NCBI GenBank assembly: GCA_963754875.1
Contig: CAVWHO010000008.1
Location: 160,001 to 224,000, forward strand
Source: Nitrospirota bacterium
GTDB taxonomy: Bacteria; Nitrospirota; UBA9217
Direction: 5' to 3'
Length of the DNA: 64,000 bases
Shown: positions 55,400-64,000 of the stretch, piece by piece
Layout: every line of letters begins with the position of its first letter
Position numbering within the stretch: the first letter of the stretch is position 1
Notes under the pieces: generated by a model
What the model was told of the DNA's origin: nothing
Databases searched by the model: none
The model's input: the letters and a program-made list of their open reading frames with translations, nothing else
Translations under genes and position numbers: made by a program

Positions 55400-55616
55400 A
55401 GTTATCCCTCCCGTATTGACGACCTCACTCTTCTGTTTTGAACTTATCATAAGATACTTTCACTGTCAAATAAGTGGACGCAATGCGTAAGAAGACGTGC
55501 TCATTCTCCGTCCCTATGCGACGATGTTCTCAGACCTCCTGTCTGCGGGGCGCATCCTGTCTGTCTGCCGGCTGTAGTACACCGGCAATTTCCCGGGAAC
55601 GCGATTGTTCTTATTT

Positions 55617-56249
55617 TTACCGCTCACGTTCCGGAGTGCGAGACGGCGGCGGCGTCCGCGGCCGCTCAGGGGCGACATGGACCGGTCGATTATTGTGAGG
55701 ATGGATCCACCATGCGTGTCCGTAAAAGTACGGATAAGGATAGAACCATGGCTCGAAATCATACGGCGGAGGATAGGAGTACAGGCGCTCTTTGGGCCAG
55801 AGGTATACCTGTTTGATCCGGAACACAGGATAAGCGTACTCCATTTCATCTATCTTGCCCTTCCGTATGTCGACGAACTCACCCGCGAGCGTTACCCTTC
55901 TTCCTCGTCGATACACTGCGGGGTCCAGCATCGTTCCATCCTTCGGCAGCAACGCAAGATACCTTCCTTCGGAACGGCCGCTTTCCTCGAAGTATCCCGA
56001 TCCGTCCACGGGCACATGCATTGCTTCAATCTGTGAGCCCGCTTCGAGGAGTCTCGTTCGAACGATAACGCCGCCGAGGATAAAAAGCCTCCCCTTGTAT
56101 TGGTCCGGGTTTTCCCTGAGTGCGGTAAATGAAAGAGTTCGCTCGCCCTCCTGCATATAGCCCTTGTATAATACGGGAGCGACGCAGGAAGAAAGTATGA
56201 GGGTACTCACAAATAATAAGAGGATATTCGATCTCCCCAGTCTCATCAT
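55617..56249 (-). CDS. Slp family outer-membrane lipoprotein
   Basis: LSSC lipobox, LGGVI, LDPAVYRRGRRVTLAG, Y.YPV. Confidence 0.85.
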   Translation of the reverse strand: MMRLGRSNILLLFVSTLILSSCVAPVLYKGYMQEGERTLSFTALRENPDQYKGRLFILGGVIVRTRLLEAGSQIEAMHVPVDGSGYFEESGRSEGRYLALLPKDGTMLDPAVYRRGRRVTLAGEFVDIRKGKIDEMEYAYPVFRIKQVYLWPKERLYSYPPPYDFEPWFYPYPYFYGHAWWIHPHNNRPVHVAPERPRTPPPSRTPERER

Positions 56250-56426
56250 ATTTAATTTTCTCTCCTAACTCATGTCCTGTCAAGGGTACGGCGGCAAGGA
56301 ATCAATTTGCTTGTAAAGGGAACTGGAACGAAAGCCATTTTTGATGGGGCAAAGAGCGGACACCTGCTGCTGAAAGCAAGCAGTATTTGTGTTACCTTCA
56401 CGCTGCGTGGACGTCCACGGGTGCTG

Positions 56427-57572
56427 CTATTTTTTGACGGATGAATGATTAAGATCCATGATTTTGCTGCCACCTACATACTCTTTTGTCTCATATCGTG
56501 TTATTTCACACATTTTCTGGATGATATGGTCCATCCGGTCACAGCTCTCCAAAAGCCCGTCAACGTGCTTTTTAAGCGGCTTGTTGCTCTCCAGTGCATG
56601 TTCGAGGAGGCCGGCGAGAATAATGATGATCTGCAGCGGCTGCCGAAGTTCATGGGCCGCAGCTCCGGCAACTTTCAGTGCCGCGTCGAGTTTTTCAGCC
56701 GTAACATCGTGAAACACGATGACCTCCCACAGTTCATTCGTGTCACGCAGTTCAATAAATGATGACACCACGGAAAGGACCCGTCCGCCCCAGTGCAGTT
56801 CGCAGGGCTTTTCCAGGAAGGCCCGCACCGTCCGGTAAGTTTCGCACGTGTAGCACGAGGAGCGTCGAGCAAGCGGCAGCCGGCCGATCCCTGCGTTCCA
56901 GCACCGGAAGAGATCTCGGCCTTGCGGGCACCGCGTTTCCGCTCTGCCTGTGGTGCCGGAAAGAGAGCGGGTGTAGGCCAGCTCGATGTCTGAAAGGGCC
57001 TGTCTGAGCGGTGCATCTGCGGGGAGGCCGTAAATGACGCTCCCCCTCGTTTTTTTTTCGAGATCGAGCAGCTTCGTGCACGCATGGTTGACGACGGTTA
57101 TTCTGCCTTCGGTGTCGAGAAACAGGATGCCGTCGCCGATACTGTCGAGGACGGTCTCCAGTTTTTCTTTTCTTTCCTGCAAGAGCCGCTCGCGTTCCAG
57201 GCGCTCGGTCACATCCTGAAAAACTTCCACGCCGCCGATGACGATTCCCTCCTCGTTCCGCACGGGCGCCGTCTTTACCTCTACGGCGACCCGTCTTCCA
57301 TTTTTGTGCCGGAGGTAAACGACCACCAGTCCGCGGGCCTCCCCCTCCTCGATGGAGGCCTGGAGGGGACATCGGCTGTGACAAAGCTCCATGCCATCCC
57401 TGTCCGAATGACGAAGAATGTTATCGAAACAAAAGTGGCCGATAATCTCATCCTTTCTGTACCCTGAGATCCCTGCCGCAGCATCGTTCCACACCAGGAA
57501 CCTCCTTTCCACATCGGTCACGTAAATACCTTCATTGGCCGAATCGATTATATTGGAAAGGTATTTGCTCAT
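56427..57572 (-). CDS. PAS-PAS-HisKA protein lacking the ATPase domain
   Basis: Two PAS starts (IIDSANEGI; VLDSIGDGI), H-box AAHELRQPL; ends about 70 aa later. Confidence 0.8.
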   Translation of the reverse strand: MSKYLSNIIDSANEGIYVTDVERRFLVWNDAAAGISGYRKDEIIGHFCFDNILRHSDRDGMELCHSRCPLQASIEEGEARGLVVVYLRHKNGRRVAVEVKTAPVRNEEGIVIGGVEVFQDVTERLERERLLQERKEKLETVLDSIGDGILFLDTEGRITVVNHACTKLLDLEKKTRGSVIYGLPADAPLRQALSDIELAYTRSLSGTTGRAETRCPQGRDLFRCWNAGIGRLPLARRSSCYTCETYRTVRAFLEKPCELHWGGRVLSVVSSFIELRDTNELWEVIVFHDVTAEKLDAALKVAGAAAHELRQPLQIIIILAGLLEHALESNKPLKKHVDGLLESCDRMDHIIQKMCEITRYETKEYVGGSKIMDLNHSSVKK

Positions 57573-58043
57573 ATCGAGGGGCCGTGTCGCATTCACGAAA
57601 CTGTTACTTTTTGGCCGTAGATGATCAGCCCGCTTATGTGCGGAACGATGTGTCATCGTTGATTGCTGGAAAAACCTCCTCCCTCCATGATTCACATAAA
57701 TGATAGCACAAGTTCTGAAGAACGACTGAAGAAATTATCGTGTATGCAGCGAAGACGGGAGGCGGAGGAAATTGTGCAGCAGGAAATTTTTCAGAAAAAG
57801 ATCAGAATACGGGCGATAATGTGCTTTGTGATATTAAGGAAAGAGGTCGCTACCTGAAACCAGACCAAACCATAATCGTCAAATGTCAGGGTGCCGGCAT
57901 ATCGGATTTTTCCGCCGGTGCTGGGCGATTCATTTGGCCCATTAAGCTTAAGGCAAATGGTGCGGGACCCGGCATCGTTGCATTTTTTCTTGTCGATAAC
58001 GTTCACCGTAAATAATTTAACACTGTTCCTTGCTACGACTCGC

Positions 58044-59753
58044 TTAATCTATTCCCAGTGTCTTTGACATAATGCCTATTCTGACGGCGCCCCAATGGCG
58101 TCCCTTCACGAAAATGGGCATGGAAAAATCGTTGATCGTTTCCCCCGTGTCCCTCATATAGGTCTGCAGAAGGAACGGGCTGGCATTTTTGGCAAGTGTT
58201 ATCCCGACCTTATCATTGAACATCCGCTTGTCACGCGTGTTCAGAAGGTCGTCTTCATATTTTCCCGTGGGTGGTTTTGCGAACTTGCTGTTATGGGCCG
58301 GAGCATATCCGTTTTCGTCGACGCACAGTGCATAGATGGCCCCCTTGATATCGGACAGTGCGCTGTCGTACGCCGGTCTGAGTTCTTTATCAAAGTGCTC
58401 ATCGTAGACGGTAGTAAATCTCTCCGGCTTGGAATCCGGGATAAGTTTATAGTTCCTGTCGAAAACGTCGATCCCTTTATCCGAGAGTTCCCTGATTTTT
58501 TCCTGGAAGATGTCCCGGTACTTTTCGGTTTTATCGATAAGCTCCTGAACGAGCCCCGTGCCGACCATAAAGGTCGACATGTTCATCTGCATTGCCTCGG
58601 CTGTCTGGGACAGCTCAGTGGAATATTTTCCTGACTCGTCCATCTGCTTTGTAGTCTCCGTGCTCAGCGTATGTATACCGGAAACTTTTTCGTTGATATT
58701 TTCGTTGGTCTGCGAGAGGTTTTCTATCGACGCTGCGATCCTGGTCAGCTGGGAGCTGTTATTCTCAAAGTCTTTCAGCATGTTATCAAACCCGCCGGAA
58801 GTCTTTTGCACAATACCCCGGGTATGGTCCATGTATTCATTTATCTCTTTGATTTCTGCAAGGGTCTCATGGACCTGCTCGGTCATCTCAGTAATCTTGC
58901 GGGAAATTTCCTCCGTCGATTTCTTGACCCGCTCGGCAAGCTTCCGCACCTCGTCGGCAACCACGGCAAAACCTCTTCCCTGCTCGCCGGCCCTCGCCGC
59001 CTCTATGGCCGCGTTCAGGGCAAGGAGATTCGTCTGATCTGAAATGCCCGTTATCAACGATACGATGTCCTTGATGCTTTCTGAATTTGTCTGCAGCGTT
59101 GCAACCGTAGTATTGAAAGTCAGAAGTCTTTCGTTGATCCTGTTTATCTCTTCGGTAACAAACAGCAGCTCCTTGAGAGAAGAACGCGCTGTTGTGAGGT
59201 TTTGCGACGTTGAAGACGATATGGCCTGGGCATTTTGAGAGATGTCGGTTATGGTTGAACTCGTCGTGTTGCTGAGGTTAAAGATGATGCCGGTAAGCTC
59301 GTTCTGTTTCTTCGCGCTTTCAGCAGTGCCTTTGATCCGCTTGGCCATTTGCGCGGAGCCCGCGGCCACTTTTATCGCAAGGTTCATATTGGTAGCTATC
59401 GTCAGCTTTGGCTTGTCTACGGCTTCACGTAAATGGTCCGCCAGCGCCCGGATGCGGTCATCGGTTATTGCCGCATGCTCCGATGCTTTTGATCCGTTTT
59501 TTCCAGAGATGTCGACGATACATGCCATTAGCTGGTTCGAAGGTTTTATGACTTTGCGGTAGAGATAGAGCATTGCCGCAGCAGAAGCAAGCAGAGTCAG
59601 ACCGGAGAAATAGACAAAGGCTATTCGTTTCTCATAAAAGATAAAAGCACAAAAAGTAATCGTCTGAAATGCAAATAGCGCAAGGGCTGCCGCACCAAAA
59701 TTCCAATGAACGTACGTCCGCCTCCTCTTGTCCTGTTGTTTCCGTGAATCCAT
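58044..59753 (-). CDS. Methyl-accepting chemotaxis protein with extra C-terminal domain
   Basis: [35 protein letters not shown]-terminal [10 protein letters not shown]...YMRDTG...RHWGAVRIG. Confidence 0.92.
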   Translation of the reverse strand: MDSRKQQDKRRRTYVHWNFGAAALALFAFQTITFCAFIFYEKRIAFVYFSGLTLLASAAAMLYLYRKVIKPSNQLMACIVDISGKNGSKASEHAAITDDRIRALADHLREAVDKPKLTIATNMNLAIKVAAGSAQMAKRIKGTAESAKKQNELTGIIFNLSNTTSSTITDISQNAQAISSSTSQNLTTARSSLKELLFVTEEINRINERLLTFNTTVATLQTNSESIKDIVSLITGISDQTNLLALNAAIEAARAGEQGRGFAVVADEVRKLAERVKKSTEEISRKITEMTEQVHETLAEIKEINEYMDHTRGIVQKTSGGFDNMLKDFENNSSQLTRIAASIENLSQTNENINEKVSGIHTLSTETTKQMDESGKYSTELSQTAEAMQMNMSTFMVGTGLVQELIDKTEKYRDIFQEKIRELSDKGIDVFDRNYKLIPDSKPERFTTVYDEHFDKELRPAYDSALSDIKGAIYALCVDENGYAPAHNSKFAKPPTGKYEDDLLNTRDKRMFNDKVGITLAKNASPFLLQTYMRDTGETINDFSMPIFVKGRHWGAVRIGIMSKTLGID

Positions 59754-59861
59754 TATTGTCTCCTGTTTGACTTAATATCCTATACTGGCGAGCGCAGGAC
59801 GGGCTCGGCAGTTGAATGATTCTGAGGAGAAGTATCAGTTTGATCTGCGTCTTTGTACAAT

Positions 59862-59888
59862 TTATCGGATTGCTTATAAAAAACTTTA
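59862..59888 (-). promoter_or_regulatory. sigma28 (FliA) promoter
   Basis: TAAA-N15-TCCGATAA, with TAAAGTTT extended -35. Confidence 0.7.
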
Positions 59889-59978
59889 ACAAATTTTATG
59901 ACTTTTTCCTTGTCGATGAATTTATTGTTGTAATTTGAAAAAAGGAGAGGGCACAGAGAGATGCGGCTGAGGGGAAAT

Positions 59979-60006
59979 TAAAGTTTTTGCAGGAAAATGC
60001 CGATAC
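59979..60006 (+). promoter_or_regulatory. sigma28 (FliA) promoter
   Basis: TAAAGTTT...GCCGATAC (16-nt spacer across homopolymers). Confidence 0.65.
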
Positions 60007-60088
60007 GCTAAGAGAGAGCAAACTCCACCAAGAAGGTCAAAGACCAGCGTGCAACTCTTGGCATAGTTAGGCACTACAGAGGATCAAA

Positions 60089-61684
60089 ATGCAACTAAGA
60101 GATGTCTCAATAAAATGGAAGCTTTCCGCACCAATCATACTTCTTATCATTATTGGGGTGACAATTTCTACCCTGGTTACGGGCTACAAAACAGAGTCGA
60201 TAGTTCTTCACGAGGTTAAACAATCGACACTTACGGGGTATCGAGATACCATCCTAAACACACTGACCACAATGATGCTGGCAAACAATATTAAAGAGAC
60301 CAAAGGACCGTTTATCGAACAGATGCAGCACTTTGTTGATCTGAGGGTATTCCGTTCAGAAAACGTCGACAAAGATATGGGGAAAGGAGACATCAAAGAT
60401 TACGCTGTTGATACTCTCGATAAGGAAGTCCTGGAAACAGGCAAAGAACGAATCATCGTCGAAGGCGATTCAATCCGGGGCGTGTACCCCTATATAGCAA
60501 AAGAAAATTTCATGGGGAGAAACTGCCTATCCTGCCATAACGTAAAAGAGGGAACGGTTCTGGGGGCTATCAGCATAAAAGTGCCGCTCAAGGATTCCTT
60601 CAGCAGAATAAAGAAAATGCAGTGTCTCTATGGCCTGCTCGGACTGCTCGGCATCCTCGTAATGTCGTTCATTGTGGTTGTCCTCGGTAATCTAACGTTG
60701 CATACACCAATGAAGATCCTGACAGAGAAAGTCAAGAAGGTCGGCGAGGGCTATACAGGCACTTCCGTGTACGTGAAAGGTAAAGATGAGATAGCACAAA
60801 TATCACAAAATGTGGATCTGGTCATCCAACATTTTTCGAAAATGCTTCACACCATCATAGCCGCTTCCGCAAAGATACTGCCTGCTGTTGATATCGTAAG
60901 GAAAGACGCAGAGGCTACGTCTGAAGGCTCAAAAAAACAGGCCAGCCAGGCCCACCTGATTGCCACAGCAGCCGAGGAAATGACCCGGACGATCGTAGAC
61001 ATCGCAAAAAACGCTGCGGATGCAGCTCTGACTTCGACTGATGCCATGGAAATAGCGGAAAGTGGGAAACAGATAACGAGCATATCCGTGGACACAATTA
61101 ACGAGGTGAATGTCTCCACGCTGGAGCTGTCGAATATGGTGCAAAAGTTGAACAAAAGGGCATCGGAGATAGGCAATGTCGTGACGGTAATAAAAGGCAT
61201 AGCGGACCAGACGAATCTCCTGGCATTGAATGCCGCGATAGAGGCGGCACGAGCCGGGGAACAGGGAAGAGGATTTGCCGTTGTAGCGGACGAGGTAAGA
61301 AAGCTGGCGGAACGGACGATTCAGGCTACTGCCGAAATTTCGGCGGAAATTACCGCGGTCCAGGCAGAATCAGCCCAGACTGCGACATCCATGGCATTAT
61401 CGACTAAAGGAGTATCAAAGGCCACGGGTCATATTAAAAATCTCAACAATGTCCTTGAAACTATTGTCGACTCAATCAAACAGGTCAAAGACCAGATAAA
61501 TCAGATTGCGACGGCTGTGGAAGAACAGTCGGCTACAGCCGCGGAAGTTGCAATGAACATAGAGGCCACTTCAAACATCTCAAAAGACATGGAAAAAATG
61601 GCCGGTGATGTGACCGGAGAGGTGCAAAACCTTTCGGACATAGCCGCTGAGTTGGGAAAGGCCACCGCTAATATCAAAACATGA
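60089..61684 (+). CDS. Methyl-accepting chemotaxis protein with periplasmic c-type heme sensor
   Basis: TM, sensor with CLSCH (CxxCH), TM, HAMP, MCP signalling motif. Confidence 0.92.
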   Translation: MQLRDVSIKWKLSAPIILLIIIGVTISTLVTGYKTESIVLHEVKQSTLTGYRDTILNTLTTMMLANNIKETKGPFIEQMQHFVDLRVFRSENVDKDMGKGDIKDYAVDTLDKEVLETGKERIIVEGDSIRGVYPYIAKENFMGRNCLSCHNVKEGTVLGAISIKVPLKDSFSRIKKMQCLYGLLGLLGILVMSFIVVVLGNLTLHTPMKILTEKVKKVGEGYTGTSVYVKGKDEIAQISQNVDLVIQHFSKMLHTIIAASAKILPAVDIVRKDAEATSEGSKKQASQAHLIATAAEEMTRTIVDIAKNAADAALTSTDAMEIAESGKQITSISVDTINEVNVSTLELSNMVQKLNKRASEIGNVVTVIKGIADQTNLLALNAAIEAARAGEQGRGFAVVADEVRKLAERTIQATAEISAEITAVQAESAQTATSMALSTKGVSKATGHIKNLNNVLETIVDSIKQVKDQINQIATAVEEQSATAAEVAMNIEATSNISKDMEKMAGDVTGEVQNLSDIAAELGKATANIKT

Positions 61685-61731
61685 AACGATGCGCGCGATC
61701 ATCTGCACGCTCCCTTACGGATCAAATCGGG

Positions 61732-62016
61732 TCACGCGCCCGTCTTTTCGCGAACCTCACGCTCCCCTGCCCGCAGCTCCTCGGCCTGTTCCGCATCTGC
61801 TTTCAGCAGCAGAGCCTGGAATTCACCAACGTGGGTCTTTTCCTCCCGTGCGATGTCGTGGAGTATCTTTCGAATACTTCCCTTATGCGCCATTGCAGCC
61901 ATCTGCTCATAGAGGTTGATAGCGTCCAGTTCGGCCATGATCCCGGCGCGGAGGATCTCCTTGTCTACGTCTTCTTTTTTTATCGCTTCGAGCTGAAGGG
62001 GGATTTTCGACAGCAT
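61732..62016 (-). CDS. Short ferritin-like/rubrerythrin-family protein (EncFtn-like)
   Basis: AELDAINLYEQ, DIAREEKTHVGEF. Confidence 0.85.
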   Translation of the reverse strand: MLSKIPLQLEAIKKEDVDKEILRAGIMAELDAINLYEQMAAMAHKGSIRKILHDIAREEKTHVGEFQALLLKADAEQAEELRAGEREVREKTGA

Positions 62017-62112
62017 GCCTTTGTCTCCTTGTTAGTAAGTTTGTGGTGCACACTGCTAAAAGTATATCAGATCAGGAAAAGCAAAGTGCATGATCGCCGC
62101 GAATGACGCCTC

Positions 62113-62329
62113 TTATTCTTCCACTCTATACCCCAGCCGCTCGATGCTGTCTTTTGTGATTTTTGTCAGTTTTGCCTCGTCGATCTCGCTCTCGTCAAAT
62201 TTGACGGCGATCTTGCCGCTCTCGACGCCGATGGACTCAACCCCGTCCAGCCCTCCGATGAAACGCCGAAGCGCCATTGAACAGTCGTCGCAGAGACTGT
62301 TTATCCACCGTAAATAATGCTACTTTCAT
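62113..62329 (-). CDS. HMA-like metal-binding protein (one indel; missing from the ORF track)
   Basis: Manual translation: MKVALFTVD/NSLCDDCSMALRRFIGGLDGVESIGV...FDES...IERLGYRVEE. Confidence 0.65.
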
Positions 62330-62370
62330 GATTGGCTACCTCATTCCGGCATGACCGGGTTCAGAAGGCC

Positions 62371-62768
62371 TTACCGCACATCGACGTTAAAAGTAACTGT
62401 CGGAAGCGCCGTACCTCCACGGGTCGTGGTCACATCTACCCGCCATCCGCCTTCCATGGGGATGTTCGCGTTGAATGCATAGGCGCTTCCGCCCGTTATG
62501 GTTTGCGCAGTGTATTCCATCGGCGCCATGCCAGGCATGGCCGGCATATAGTAGCGCACCTCCACCTTGGCGTCCGTCATCGGCTTTCCCGATGAATCGG
62601 CCAGCTTGACCTTGAGCGTATTATCGCCTTTGACAGGGGATAGCTGCCGGCACTCAGAGTAACGGTTACGTCACCCGCCGACTTCTGCGTCTCATATCCC
62701 TTGGTACATCCGAATACCACCCCGACTGAGATGAGAGCAACCATCATTACCGACGAACTTTTCTTCAT
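62371..62768 (-). CDS. FixH/YtkA-like lipoprotein (one indel)
   Basis: FGC lipobox; TDAKVEVRYYMPAMPGMAPM...MEGGWRV. Confidence 0.75.
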
Positions 62769-62823
62769 TATTATACTTCCCCCTTTAAGAGTCTTCTGCA
62801 TGGATCCATGCTCCTGGTTTAAT

Positions 62824-62839
62824 AGCAACATGCATGCCG
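62824..62839 (-). promoter_or_regulatory. sigma54 promoter for the YtkA/HMA genes
   Basis: CGGCA-TGCATG-TTGCT on the minus strand. Confidence 0.6.
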
Positions 62840-63046
62840 GGACCCTTGCAATAGGAATCTTCTGGAAAATCGGGACATTATCTCACTTTTACAAATCCCG
62901 ACCCGTTTCAAGTGCCTTGTCTCATACACATCAGTGTAGCATTTGCTGCTCAATCCCTATGGCGAGCATTGCTGGAGGGTAACGAAGCGACACTCCTCGG
63001 TAAAACCACGAGCACTGCTTCGAATTCTTCGGATAAAACACGTGCT

Positions 63047-64000
63047 TCAATAGGCACTCGCGTTAGTCAGCAGCTCTATCGACTCATGGTCCAATACCAG
63101 TTTTGTCGCTTCGATGAGGGCCGTTCAATTGCTCCAGGCTCGTAACGCTGGCAGATCGGGGCAGTAACTCCGGGACGCGCCATCAGCCAGGCCAAGGGAA
63201 ACGCTCGCAGGAGTGGAATGGTATCGTTCGGCAACCTGATCCAGGGCCTTGAGAATCCGGAACCCGCGGTCATTCATGTAGAGTTTAGTTCCATGGCCGC
63301 GGATGCTCTTTGATAAATCTTTTTCCGACCGGTACTTGCCCGTAAGAAATCCGCTTGCCAGAGAATAGTACGTGATCACGCCCAGTCCCTGTTTGCGGCA
63401 GAGGGGTTCGAGTGATTGTTCATAATCGGCCCGGTCATAGAGATTATAACGGGGCTGCAGGCATTCATAAGCAGGCAATCCCTGTTGCTTGCTGACTCGC
63501 AAAGCGTCCGAAAGTCTCGCCGCGCTGAAGTTCGAAGCGCCTATTGCCCGCACTTTTCCCTGCTTGACCAGTTGTCCGTAAGCATTGAGCGTTTCTTCCA
63601 GCGGGGTGTCTGGGTCGTCGTAATGCGACTGATAGAGATCAATATGATCGATCTGCAGGCGCTTCAGCGAATCCTCCACAGCGCGGAGGATGTAGGCTTG
63701 TGAAAGCCCCCGTTTACCCGGACCCATTTCACTCCCGACTTTGGTTGCTATGACCACCTTATTCCTGCTTCCGCTCTGTTTCAGCCATTTGCCGATGATG
63801 GTCTCCGATTCGCCGCCTTTGTTGCCGGCTACCCAGCGTGAATAGGAATCTGCGGTATCGATCAGATTAAGCCCGGCAGCGACAAAAGCGTCTAATATTC
63901 TAAATGCCGTCGGCTCATCCACGGTCCATCCGAAAACGTTGCCGCCCAATGCAAGGGGCGCGACTTCTATGTCGGAATTTCCAAGTTTGCGTTTTTTCAT
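63047..64000 (-). CDS. Aldo/keto reductase (indels near the 3' end)
   Basis: LGGNVFGW, IDTADSY, IATKVG, SLKRLQ.DHIDLYQSH, GKVRAIGASN. Confidence 0.93.

Noticed and set aside
57791..58006. 71-aa ORF or riboswitch between MCP and PAS genes
   Set aside because: No recognisable protein motif or riboswitch consensus.

Overview
A bacterial chromosomal segment, probably Nitrospirota or Desulfobacterota-like; this is inferred from gene order such as recA-pilT-recX-alaS, the heme-sensor MCP and the sigma54/sigma28 promoters. Many conserved genes (tig, alaS, mltG, ubiB, recX, RND, aldo-keto reductase) carry single-base frameshifts, most likely assembly indels. In order, the window holds: (1) the 5' end of a collagen-repeat lipoprotein, a decayed group II intron 3' end, a membrane-fused spermidine-synthase-like gene and a cNMP-MscS channel; (2) a 7-tRNA cluster followed by tig-clpP-clpX-engB; (3) two peptide ABC permeases; (4) a long minus-strand run, groES-like/hsdR_N-like/pgpA/[STAS-HATPase kinase]/nitroreductase/[STAS-wHTH]/cinA/thpR/recA/pilT/recX/NTase pair/alaS/phasin/ubiB/mltG; (5) envelope and efflux genes and an ECF sigma factor; (6) an accessory array at about 42.2-48.7 kb with three toxin-antitoxin pairs, three degenerate integron attC sites, REP doublets at truncation points, and a REP-associated HUH transposase plus a partial duplicate flanking a serine protease; (7) stress, sulfur and chemotaxis genes. 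The most interesting candidate system is an anti-sigma-type kinase plus STAS-winged-helix regulator pair (CapK/CapS-like). It is embedded directly upstream of cinA-thpR-recA-recX with candidate palindromic operators, which suggests kinase-based control of the recA locus.
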